Assembly (NCBI RefSeq): GCF_000143415.4
Contig: NW_003314263.1
Span: 1,118,165 to 1,182,164, forward strand
DNA length: 64,000 bases
Direction: 5' to 3'
Source: Selaginella moellendorffii
Taxonomy: Eukaryota > Plantae > Lycopodiophyta
Shown here in pieces: positions 36,175-48,137 of this stretch. The stretch's first letter is position 1, and each line of letters starts with the position of its first letter. Under the pieces are notes generated by a model that worked only from the letters and a program-made list of their open reading frames with translations, ran no database searches and was not told the origin of the DNA. The translations under genes and the position numbers were made by a program.

Positions 36175-37240
36175 GAAACACTGCCCCTTTATCCCCTACG
36201 AGAGCGCGCTCTTCGCCGAGCTGTTGAAGCACCTGGACGCAGCTGGTACTTTCGTTTGTTAGGTCCTGGCGCTATCAGAGCTTTTTCTAACTTCGAATTT
36301 GTCATCTACAGGCTTACTGCGTGGTTGTGGACTGGCATTTCTTATGACGCCGCGAATGATGTTGCAGCTGGGACTCCAAGACGTCTAGGCAGTCCGAATC
36401 CTTGGTCACATCGTGGTATGGCAAGATCAAGGTTCTTTGTATCTCTTCCGTTCCCAGGAAATCACTTGTTTATACATCAACAGTGCGTTCATTCCTGATC
36501 GCAGTTCTCTTACTTTGATCGGAGTGTTGATGCTCAACAGAAACTTGCACAAGCGCTCCTCTTAGGGCTATGATCTTATTATCTGGGAATACCACCTTCA
36601 AACGGAGTCATCCTGCAGTCTCGAAGAGCCTAGCAACGATGAAACACCAGGTCAGTCCATGTTCGTCATTCTTGGGAGGCTAACTCAAAACGAATGTTTG
36701 CAGATTAACTGTAAAGGCGGCAAAGTCAGGCACCAATAACAACGAAAGCTGGGGCAGCATTACGGTAACTTACAATCAGCGTACAAGGAGATTGGAATCG
36801 CCACTTCGGTTTCAGCCAGCATCATCTCGGGTACATGGCCTTTCCAAACTGAAAACGCTGAGAATGACATACAATTCCAGGTAAGAGACCAGGTATTGAA
36901 TCAAGCAAAGACTGTAAGAGGTTGCTAGCTCTTTGCTCCTTCTCTTCCACAGGTAGCAAGTATGGACATTCTTTACAGGATCAAAAACACTGGTGTCAAC
37001 TGCTACTCCTGACAATACTGAATCTGCCGAAGTGTATCGAGGCTGCGTCGGTGCCATGCCAGTCATCAAGGGAATTAGAGAAGCTTCTGATTGCCGGCAG
37101 TTCGCTCTTTAGCCGAAGATTCAAGTACGTGAAAGCCTTTTGCTCGTTTTCCGTTGTCCGTCCTCACAAACTTTCCTTGCCGCAGGGTTGTGGAGGACGT
37201 GCATGCCGCACTCTTCCAGTTCGTCTATCTCCTGGCCTGT
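36175..37240 (+). pseudogene. Second abridged, inverted BOR copy
   Basis: [55 protein letters not shown] and RRFKY pieces. One internal piece (36900-37040) is re-inverted. Confidence 0.9.
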
Positions 37241-37244
37241 GCTC

Positions 37245-37725
37245 GTGCCGAGCTTTCGACTTGGCGCTCTCTCCTGGGCAGCAGACGGCATTCTATGGAA
37301 GTAGTCCCACGCGCGCTCCAGATTGCTGGACTGGGTGAAGGCGCGGATCCTTGTGTCAAGGACACTGTGTTCTTCCACTCCATCGACTCAACTTCTTGAT
37401 AATGCGTTTTATGCATAGGCGTATCATGGTGTTTTCAGAAAAGAGATCCTCTCTCAAATAACGAAGGACCGGCTCGACAGTATGCTGATATCAAAGAATT
37501 CCATGAGATTCTATCTAGAAAACCTCCATGGCATAGGAGACATTTCCCCGCATTGGGCATTTGCGGTGATTATGACATTCCAACACAAGCTGTTCCTTCT
37601 GGGTAAAGCCTTTGCATGGACGAGCTGGAAGTTCTGGTAGCAGCCAATGCCCATTACAGTTGTGGAGTAAACGCTGCGCAGATTGACGCGACATCGGCAT
37701 ATGCCCGCTCCGGGAATATGCTTGG
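37245..37725 (-). pseudogene. Abridged fragment of the PPR gene at 48120-50339
   Basis: Matches 49140-50020 in pieces (SMEWKNTV, RAFTQS..LERA..YFHRMPS, SVYSTTVM, SLCWNVIITANAQ). Confidence 0.85.
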
Positions 37726-37805
37726 GATAGTACGGAAAGGGGCAAGGACACGGGATATCCGTACATAGTACTTTATATAAAGCGGGAGGGAATAGAGATG
37801 GTGCG

Positions 37806-39708
37806 ATGGATCGTGGATCATCCCACAGAGTCGTGGTTCTTGGACGACGCGGGGTGGATCCATGGCGGCACGGTCTCTGAGTGGGAGGATCACGAGGAGA
37901 CACTGGCGCGTCTAACACGTAAGTTTTGGAGAGTCGGATTCTTCTTTTCTTGAGAGTTAACCTTTTATCCAGGATCTGCGAGCGTGATGGCTGGTTTTTT
38001 TCATGGCAAAACACCCCAAGGCGACTTACTGGATCTTTTCGACGTGACCAAGATCTTGCTGGAGCTTGTCTACTGCTGGGTGCTGCTTCAGCTCGGGCGC
38101 AACCGGCAGTCCCTCGTTTGGCTCGCGCTACTAGAGGCCCAAGCTCTAGTCGGCACCGCCGCCGCTGGTGGCCAAGGACAACAAGTGGAGAAGCTTTTCT
38201 TGTTTCTCCTGGACAACTTCGATTACGAGTCTCGGCCAGATCACGCTAGCTTAGCGAGGCTGAGACAAATCCACGACAGCTTGAGCAGCAGCCTGGTCAG
38301 GATCGAATGGAAGTCGACGAATGTATTGCCTGGTGCCCTCCAGATGCTCGAGGTACTGTGATATTTCAGTTCATCAGAGGTGGTGTCCAAACTCTTTCTT
38401 CTTTGTCCTTGCAGGAGCTCATAGCTGCGCATGATACGATTGGTGATGATCACGTATACGGCAGTCATGGCCACTTCGCCCACTGGTTTCGGGACCACTC
38501 GCGGTCCTACAATCGCTCCCGCCGGTGGAAGCGAGCCTTCTACCCCGTCGACGCGAGCGAGCTCCTCGGCCGCCTTGTCCACTCCTGGATGAGGACCAAG
38601 AGAGGTGCCACGGACCACGCGCGGCTCCAGTCCCTGAGTTGCTCCACGAGCAAGGATTTCGTGGAGCACGTCAAGCAGACGCTGGAAAGTAACGTCGCGG
38701 AGGAGAAGCGCAATCTTCATCACGCGGCTGCCGTGGTTTTTGGCCCCGAGCTTAGCGTCTCGTTCTTGCTGCTGTGCCGTGCGGTGGCGTGGGACGAATC
38801 CACCACCTCACAGATCTTGGGCGCGGAAGAGCTGGGGAGTATCAATGGTAAGCCGATCGTCCAAGTTGATGAGCGCTCAGTGGATACGGTGGTGAAGTTG
38901 ATGGTTAACGTAAGTTTTGCATACGTTCCAGGTGTTGACTTTCAGAGCGAGTGCTAAAGTTTTCGTTGTTTTCTCGCAGGTGGTGCTCGGGGATTTCCTG
39001 GATGAGGCTCACGATCGCGAGACTTGGATCCGGGACTGTGAGTATCCATATCCATCCCAGGAAAGTTTGATTGAATTCTGGTCTTCTTTCACAGGCAAGG
39101 TGCTGCTCAAGAAGCGTTGTCCGCTTCGCTTGCCCTGGAAACCTGCGGCGAGCGTCCATTTTCTGGAAGATGTGACCATGGAGAGGTGGAGGGAGATGGA
39201 CGCTTGGATCCGATCTCCTGGCACACTGAGTGAGCTGGGAATGGCGAGCTACGAGCAAGCTCTCCAGGCGATGAGGGACGCGATCTTCTGGGACGGAAGT
39301 GTTGTTGTGGATAAAGCCAGCCAGGAGTTCGTGACGAGGATTGGCAAGGTGCTGGAAGCAAAGGAAGATCAGGTCTACGAGCTGATAGAGATCTACACTG
39401 ATGAAAGGTTCCAGAAGGCTAACAGTGAGACGGCGGCGGCGAGCAAGACGAGAGGCAGGGGATCCATGGCCGAGTTTGCGGTGGTCGCGAATGCTCACCC
39501 CGTGGTAATGGGTCTCCTGTCCACGCGGCAGCGCTGTCACATGTTTATGCGGTCGGGGTGCCCGTTGCAAGGGGGACAAGCCATCACCAAGGTGGATTGC
39601 ATGATGATTGAGTACGCGAGGCTTCGCGCTGAGCAACGGTTTGACACTACTCACATTGGCTATGCTTGTTACCATGATAACAAGAAGAAATCTTGCATAT
39701 TCTGCTGA
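37806..39708 (+). pseudogene. Family X copy D (5'-truncated, inverted relative to A and B; 3' exons open)
   Basis: Same exons as copy A from EWEDHEETLARLT to YACYHDNKKKSCIFC. The downstream flank to ~40400 is also homologous to 18250-18800. Confidence 0.8.
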
Positions 39709-40601
39709 AAGTGATTGATCACAATAAGAATGCGCCCCTCCCCCTTCTCTCAACTTTATCAAAGAGCTCTCAATCCATCCAAGTCCATCAACTTACGGTG
39801 CAACCATTATGGACGCTGCTACGAGCTCATTCTATCCAGGAAAGGTGGCGTAAGAAACCTGGGCATATGCTGTGACTGTAGCATACTAACGCACGCTTTC
39901 CCTTTGGGGCATATTATCGAGTGGATCTCGTAACTGGGAGTTCTGGAGCATCATACTTGCTTAGTAGGCTGGCTATCAAACACATATTTGGTATGCTCAA
40001 GATGTTGTGGAGTACACTCTGTGGAGCACCACCGGTAATATTCCCGCTCTGGGAATATGCGGACCAGTGGAGTGCCGGATTCGAGATTCTTGGCGCCGTG
40101 GAGGCTTTTGGTTTCTTCGTGTGTTCTTCATGGAGACCTTGGAGCAGAACAGCCCGGCATTGCGGTAAATCTCGAGCCTTTGTACTCATCCATCTTGACC
40201 ACGCCGTACAGGTGGGTTCTCAATCCGTACATATTGTCTTAAACTGGAAACTTTATTCATTTGAAATATTTGCCGACTATTTTACAAAAAGCTTTGAATT
40301 TTCTATCAACACAGATTTACTCATGCCAAAAAAGTCTTGTTTTTTTTGTTTTTTTTTTCCCATTTTCCTTTTTCTTGATCGATCTTGGTTAAAGAGACGA
40401 ACTTTATCATATTTAGAGATCGTCAGTTGACAATCAAACGTTTCAGATCGAGCATCTGGAGGAGCTGGATCTCTCTTTTAACAACATTTCTGGGACAGTT
40501 TTTCGGAAGGGTTGTGCTGCTGTTGCACGCCTTATTCGCAGCCAAGGCTAGAAATCTAAATTGCTAGAAGCGAAGTAGAATGCTGGTGATAACTTACAAG
40601 C

Positions 40602-43288
40602 TTAAGAGCCGGGAGAGGAGCTGTCCGGTATCATTCGTAATGGACTGTACTGGTGCTTGAATTCCACACGGCTTCTCGTGGTGACCGCGTCCAGGACCTC
40701 TGCGTCGCTGGTACCTACACGCTTCGGCGAAGAGCGCGCCCTCACAGGCGATAAAGGTAGCGGTGATCCTCCTCCTTCCATCCGGAGTGGCGATCTCATC
40801 ACATCCTGCCGTGGTGATCTCAAAACTTCCATCGTGGATTCGGCTTCCTGTACGTCGAAAAACGAAGAAAAAATGTAATTAGCACCAGGAAGATCACGAA
40901 GTCAAGCTTACTCTCATTGCGCTGTTGTATGGCATTGCGGGGGCCTCTTCGTACTCGGCGGCGTCCAGCTCTTGCAAGTGGTGTGCCTTGAAGAACTTTG
41001 GTAGAACGTATTGGCGAATCGGCACCAGGAGCATGATGAGCAAGGGGAACAGGACACCGGCAATTGGGATCCACGTAATCCCAAAGCAGGCCAGGAGATA
41101 GACGAACTGGAACAGTGTGAAGATAATTATCGTCTTGAATGGGACTGTCTCCACGAACGCGGCATGCACGTCCTCCAGGACTCTGACAGGGAATGTTGGT
41201 GGATGTTAGAATCGCTACGAAAGGAAAAGAAACGAAAAAGAGAGAAAAGGGTTTTACGTACTTGAATCTGCGGCTGGGTGCGGTGAAGAGTAGCAAGATC
41301 CTCTCCCAGAACTGGTTTCCTGGCAAGCTCTCTATCGCCATGACGGCAAAGTAGCCCCATAAAACTGAAGTTGGGATTTTCTTGATCAGTGGCATGGCAC
41401 CGACGCAGCCTCCAACAAGCAAAGACTGCAAAAGGTTGCTAACTCGTTGCTCTTTCACTTCCACAGGGAGCAAGTCATCGACGTCCTTTTCCGGATCGAA
41501 AACGCTAGTGTCAACTGGCAGTCCTGACAATACCGAGTCTGCTGAAGTGTATTGAGAAGTTTCTTCTTTCAGTTCTTTCAATACCTGGAATTAAGAGTTT
41601 ATGTCATTGGCAACGTTTTCAGTTTGAAAAGGCCACGTACCCGAGATGATGCTGGCTGAAACCGAAGTGGTGACTCCATCTCCTTGTACGCAGATTGTAA
41701 GTTACCGTAAAGCTGTCCCAGAGTTTCGTTGTTATTGATGCTCGACTTTGCCGTCTTTACTAGCTTATCGCGGTTAATCTGCAAGCATTCGCTTTGAGTT
41801 AGCCTCGCAAGAATGACGAACTTGGGCCGACCTGGTGTTTTAGTGTTGCTAGGCTCTTCGTGTGCATGGGAGACTGCGGAATGACTCCATTCGAAGGTGG
41901 TATTCCAAGCAGGCCACAGATAATAACCATTCCACCTAGCAGTAGCAGATCATAGTGGTAAGAAGAGGGCTTGCGCAAGTTGAATTCCTTCTGTTGAGCC
42001 AGCTGGGAAGCAACACTGTGATCAAAATAATAGAGCACTGCGATCATGGTTGCTGGAATGAACGCTCCTATGATGTATAAAATGGGAACATCCCGCATTT
42101 CCTGGGTACGGAGAATCAGATAAGTAAGCCAGAAAAGTCAAGCAAAACTACAACGAACCTTGATCACTGTCCAATTTGCCATAGCACGATGTGACCAAGG
42201 ATTCGGACTGTATAGACGTCTTGGAATCCCAGCTGGAGTGTCATTCGCGGCGGCATAAGAAATGCCAGTCCACACGAGAACCATGAGCGGAAGTCCATAG
42301 TCAGCTATTAAACCACGCATCCAGCCTGTAAGATGGTAAATCCGAAATTAGAAAAGCTGAAGGCTTTATTTTCTAAGAGCGTACCAGCACCATAGCGCCA
42401 GGACCTTGCCTTCCTGCTTTTCAATCCTGTAAGCAGCAGACCGAACGAAAGTACCAAGCCAAACATGCCATTTGAAAAGCGCCAGGGCGTGCTGAACTCT
42501 TGCAACGAAGGATCGTCTCGCTTGGGTATACGAAACTCCCCGACGATACCCTGTAACACCGACTTGTTTTTTAGTAGAATAACTCGCTCAAACGTACTTG
42601 CCTTGATTGCTTGCTGCATGAAAAGGCCTGCAATGAGCATTCCAAAGAGTTCTCCGGCAATTCTCGTAAACCTGTTGATGATAGAACAAGCCCCCAAGAT
42701 TGCTAAGAGAAACAGCAAAATTGCAACCCAAACGCAGACCCTGCCGACACGAACTGCATCGGTAAAGCTCAAAAATTCGATATACTCTTACCATCCCGTC
42801 CAGGCCAAGAAAAGCTTGGGGCCTAGATCGTCCCTGTTCTTTGCAAAGTCATACATAAACGTATACATAATGACTGTTGGTTCTGCAACTCCAAGGATGA
42901 GTAAAGGTTGGCCTCCAATGATCGAGTGTAGGAGCCCACAGAGAGAAGTGGATGCAAGAGTTTGCACGGCAGTTAAGATTCCATCTGAAAGCGTGGCGAA
43001 AAGAGGTGTCAAAAGATGTCATGAAATCCAAAAACTAACTTGTATCTCTATCGAGTTGCTCTCCAAAAGATATTACTGGAATGGCCGAAGCGAAAAAGAT
43101 GTATGTCGTGGGAGCAAATATTCTGGAAAGCAAAAAATTGCGAAACGCTCACATCAATCAACTCAAGACTACAATGGAGCAAACCTGTAGCCAGCATTCC
43201 AGCCGCCAATCCAGTCCTGCCTGTAACATTTTATACGCCCCTTGACGTCGTTTAAAATTCCTCGGAAAGGAACGAATGTCTCTTCCAT
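40602..43288 (-). CDS. BOR: Boron (borate) efflux transporter, BOR/SLC4 family, multi-exon
   Basis: [94 protein letters not shown] and LDAAEYEE. Confidence 0.97.
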
Positions 43289-44260
43289 TTTGAAGCAAAA
43301 GGTGGTGATGATGGTATCGGGAAGTCAAGAAAATGAAAAAGAAGAGGAGGCTTATCAGATGCAGGCTACGGGCAAAACTGGATTGGTTCTGTTAGCGCCC
43401 CCATTCTCTTATTCGTATCTCGGAGAAAATTAAGTTAGAACTCGCTGCACGAAGATCAGGAAAAAAGTGAAAGAACCATTATGAATAAGGAATCAGAACC
43501 ATGTACCTTGATATTGTGAAGTATATCTTTTGCCCCTTATTCCAAATCTCGACGCAGCGATGCACAGTGCTCCAAAAGGTGGAACTTCGTACATCTTGTT
43601 GGTGTCGTTGCAAGAAGCTCTGAAAGCTCGAGCAGCAGCATGGAGCAACAGTAGCAACCCCGCAGGGAGCAACGAAAAGAAGCTTTAGCGATCCATGACT
43701 TTGATGGACGATATTATACGCTCCAGAGAAAAATTAGTTCCCCTCTCCATGGTAAACACGTTGAAAAGAAATTGGGATCTGAGCAGCGACTTGGCACTTA
43801 GCGCATCATCACCCCCATGTTGATCTCTGGAGCAGCAATCGCGACGACTTTGCTGGTGGGCTTATTTTACGGGATCCGCGATGCCCAGTGAAGCTTCTCT
43901 GAGGCTTTTACTTTGCAGGAATTCATATAGTAATTCTGTGGAAGAGTACCAACGACGCATGAAGCTCTGGCATGGAGCTGGAAGAACAAAAAAAAAAAGA
44001 AAAGAAAAACAGAGAGAAACAAAGAGTGATCAAAAAACGAGAAAAAAGACGCGGATGGCAAACCAATAACATACCTGTGATTGATGATCGGTGATCTCTC
44101 TCTCTCTCTTCCTTCTGCCACGGTTTATTCGGAGTGAATGCCTCTCTGTGTTGTAAACAGCTGGCAATGAAAACCAAGTGCTACCAGACCGCTGGTCGAG
44201 CCTTTAACTCCCAAAAGCCACTCTTTGGTAGGGGTTTACATACTTACATGGCGGCTTCTT
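43289..44260 (-). promoter_or_regulatory. Long intron-containing 5' leader of BOR with several upstream ORFs
   Basis: GT-AG introns at ~43506-43445 and ~44074-43978. Candidate uORFs at 43404-43366, ~43641-43537 and 43750-43685. Confidence 0.5.
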
Positions 44261-46457
44261 TCTTTCTTCTCGGGAGGACGAAGAACAAATATTATGGCCT
44301 CCTCCGGAGTTGATCCAAATGGAACGCTCGCTAGTCGCTTTTAGCGAGGCATCCTGGAAAGAAAGAAGAAAACCACGGCTTAGCGAGGGATTGCCATTGC
44401 CGGAGCGACGACCGAGGACCCCCTCGATAGAAATGCGATCTGCGGAGAGAAGCTCTAGCGCTCTAGCGAGGCATCGCGAATGGCATCGATGGTCGCAGAG
44501 CTTAGCGCGCGGCCATAATCGTCGACGGAGGCATCCGATGGAGCAAGAAAGATCGATGCGAGCTAGCGCGCCATATCCCGTGACGCCAGTCTTGATCCTG
44601 CGGGGCAAGAAAGGGACCTAGATCAGGGCGCGATTCGCAATGCCGGGCAATATTTCGAGAATGCCAGCGCTGGACAAGAGATTTGGGAGGGACTGCGCTG
44701 CGATCCAGCAAATACCTCGATCGATCGATCAAACACACTGCCGCTCGCCGCGCAGTCGATCAAGGAGAGAACAAGAAGAAGCGAGGAACACAGAGCGCTC
44801 AAGTAGGCGCTACAGGACAAGGTCACGCTAAGCAGTGCTCCTTAACCTCCGGTAAAAGCTAGAAACGGCCATAGAACCCTGAACCTCGCCAGAATATGCT
44901 TCAATCCGACAGAATATCCTGCGCACTTGACGGAGAAGAACATTCCGAGCATCGTGGGTTTTCATGATACTCTCCAAAAGCAATTAACTAACTGAAAGTG
45001 GAGGATAAAAGAATCTTACCATTTTGAGTGCTGTAAAAATCTAAGGTGATAAGACCGTGTAAATAACAGGAATGGGAACAATGGCTGGATATTTGAATCT
45101 GTCTGTCTCATGCTTCTTGGTTGACACTGCTAGACCTTGTAAACAGTATATGAATGAATGAATGAACGATAGCCATGATGGAAGCGTAATTTACGTCATA
45201 TACACTGCAATTAAGATCAGAGTATTTACAATAGCAAAGTCAACTAAAACTCTCATGAATGCTCATACCTGATACCAAAGCTTGTGTGTAAATCTTGGAC
45301 GTGCTAGGCAGCAACTATGTCGTTAGTGCACGAGCCTATGATCCTCTATGATCCTCTTTGCTCCCCAACAACCTATCGTAGTAGCATGCGCGCCCTAATT
45401 TCCGCACCCCCTAATTCTCGTAGATGGTTCGCTGGGAGCTCTCTTTCTTAGAGATCCCATGGAGCAAAGCAAGTCCATATTCGTCCGGAAATAAAGGAAA
45501 TAAACTAAAAAACAAATACAATATTACATTTTCTAATAGTAAATAATTTACTAACAAAAAGAAATGCGTATAGCCTAGATCCCTAGGACAGAAAAGCCGA
45601 GAAAAATGGTGGCGAGTTGCAAACAAAAGGACCATTGCGCCTGTAAGGCTGAATTCCTGACGAGAGACGCAAGCCTAAACAAGGACTAGTCTCGGGAGGC
45701 CAACTGGCGGGTGGGGTTAGGGCACACGCCACGTAAGCGTGCACTTGGGAGCGTGGTCGTCATGTTTGCGCCATTCGTGTCTTTCCGCCTCGGGAAATAA
45801 TGCGTTAAAACATAGTGGCTCTTGTCTTGGAAAGGGGGTGATTGCTCAATAATGGGTCTAGCACTTTAGATCCCCTTTTTTTCTTTCTTTCTTTCCAAAT
45901 TCCCAAGCTCCAACCAAACTTTCGTCCTTGTCTTTGTGCATCTGAATCTGGGTGGCGGACTACGCGTTCTTTTGCAGTGTGGCCAGCCATGCAAGAACTA
46001 GAATATGTATAGGCGCTGGCTCGCAGGAATCGAACCCCCACCTCATTTTAAACGGGAAGATTTTCGCGCGAAAAAAGCCCTAAATTTGATCTTAGGTTAG
46101 GGCAATGGCGAGGCGCTGGCGATGGATATTTCGATCGATCCGGGAGGCGCTGGCTAATATTTCGATCGCTCCTCAATCCAGGTAACTCGGTGGCCTTGGT
46201 TGGGATGCGCATTTGAGCTGGCCTTCTCTGGCGAGCAAAATCACAGGCGCTACTACTGGAGATTCCAGAACAATAGACAAAGCTGCGCTGGACGTACGCG
46301 TTGTTTTTTATTTTCTTCTTCTCTGAGTCGTGAAGTGATGGAACTCGACAGCTCGAGGATTCCGCATTTATCCCAGGTAAGCTGAGCTTGCTTGAAATCT
46401 AGAACTAAGACTAACGATCCCAAATTGTTACAGGGGGGCATTTTTTTTCTCCAATGA

Positions 46458-48137
46458 ATGGCTGCTCTAGTCCTGGACAGCCACCAGGTACAATCCTATG
46501 CAGCGCTTATCCGCCAGTGTAGCGGCCACAGTGTCACGGAAGCCAGGAGAATCCACGGACTTATCTCCGCAGCTGGTTACGACCAGGACAGGTTCCTGAG
46601 AAATCTTCTGATAGAGATGTACGGGCGATGCAAGCTTCTCGAAGAGGCGCTGCTCGTGTTCCAAGGAATCCGGTCTCCGAACCAGTTCTCCTACAACTTG
46701 CTGCTGGCGGCATTCGCCCACAACGGGGAATTGCTCCAGGCACAGAAACTCTTCGACGACTTGCCCGCTCGGGACGTGGTCTCGTGGAATCTGGTGCTCA
46801 CGGCCTCCGTCCAGCGGCAGCATAACCAGGAAGTTTTCGGCTACTACAGGAAGATGAGGCTCGAAGGATTTCGCTGCGACGAAATCACGTTTGTGACGAT
46901 CCTCGCGGCCTGTACGAGTGTGGCGTTTCTATCCCAGGGACAGCTTGTCCATGCTCAGATCATGGACGCCGGCCTGGAGCTTCACGTCTCGGTTGCAACA
47001 ACGCTGGTTCACATGTACGGGAGATGCTTAGAGGTGGATCGAGCGGTGCGAGTTTTCGAAGGCATGGCCGAGAAGGACTTGGTGTCCTGGACGACGATGG
47101 TGGCTGTGTTTGCCGACACTGGGAATGTCCAGGAAGCTTGGAAGACGTTTAACCGGATGCCACAGAGGAACGTAGTATCCTGGACGACAATGCTAGTTGC
47201 TTATGCGGAGAACGGACACTTGGAACGGGCAAAGTATCTCTTCGACAGGTTTCCTCAGCGGGACGTGATCGCATGGAACGCAATGGTGACGGCTTACGTT
47301 AATGGGGGTGTTCTAGACGGGGCAAGGTCGGTTTTTGATGAGATGGTGGAGAGAAGCAAGGCAACTTGGAACATCATGCTCACGGGATATGCCCAGGGAG
47401 GGCAGGCTTTGGAGGCCTGGGAGCTCTTCAGGAAGATGGACTTGGAAGGTTTCCAGCCGGACAAGATAAGCTTCGTCTGTGTGCTGGAGAGCTTGCCCGG
47501 GGATTCAGCAGAAGCAGGGATCGTTCACCGTGAAGCGCTGGAAACAGGTGACATTTCGGAGGTTTCAGTGGCGACTGCGCTCGTTCATATGTATGGCAAG
47601 TGCGGGAACCTGAGACGAGCTCGGGTAGTGTTTGGGGAGATGAAGAATCGCAGCCTCCTGTCGTGGAACGCCATGCTCTCGGCGTATGCCCGCAACGGGC
47701 ATGTCAGCAGCATGGTTGGATTCCTGAGCGAGATGAACAATGGTGGAGTGGAGCTCAACGCTGTGACTTTTATCAGCGTTCTGGCGGGGTTTAGCCACAG
47801 GGGTCTGCTCAAAGACGGCCACAGCAACTTCATCTCGATCGTCGCCGACTATGGAATCACGCCGATACTGGATCACTACATCTGCATGGTCGATTTGCTC
47901 GGAAGAGCTGGGCAGGTCGAGGAAGCCAAGGAGCTGATTGAAAACATGCCGTTTGATGCCGACTCTGCTACATGGACTGCTCTCTTGAGCGCTTCCAGGA
48001 TTCACAAAAACGGATCAAACGACACTGCGGCTGCTGCTCCTGAGAAGCTCATCGAGTGCCATCCTCAAATCTCCGGGCCTTACGTGCTGCTATCAAACAT
48101 TTACGAGAGCCCGTCAAAGCTAGCAGCACGAGGCTAG
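46458..48137 (+). CDS. PLS-class PPR protein with E domain
   Basis: Repeated VSWxxMLxAYAxNGH motifs, and HYICMVDLLGRAGQVEEAKELIENMPF…WTALL…YVLLSNIY. Confidence 0.95.
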   Translation: MAALVLDSHQVQSYAALIRQCSGHSVTEARRIHGLISAAGYDQDRFLRNLLIEMYGRCKLLEEALLVFQGIRSPNQFSYNLLLAAFAHNGELLQAQKLFDDLPARDVVSWNLVLTASVQRQHNQEVFGYYRKMRLEGFRCDEITFVTILAACTSVAFLSQGQLVHAQIMDAGLELHVSVATTLVHMYGRCLEVDRAVRVFEGMAEKDLVSWTTMVAVFADTGNVQEAWKTFNRMPQRNVVSWTTMLVAYAENGHLERAKYLFDRFPQRDVIAWNAMVTAYVNGGVLDGARSVFDEMVERSKATWNIMLTGYAQGGQALEAWELFRKMDLEGFQPDKISFVCVLESLPGDSAEAGIVHREALETGDISEVSVATALVHMYGKCGNLRRARVVFGEMKNRSLLSWNAMLSAYARNGHVSSMVGFLSEMNNGGVELNAVTFISVLAGFSHRGLLKDGHSNFISIVADYGITPILDHYICMVDLLGRAGQVEEAKELIENMPFDADSATWTALLSASRIHKNGSNDTAAAAPEKLIECHPQISGPYVLLSNIYESPSKLAARG

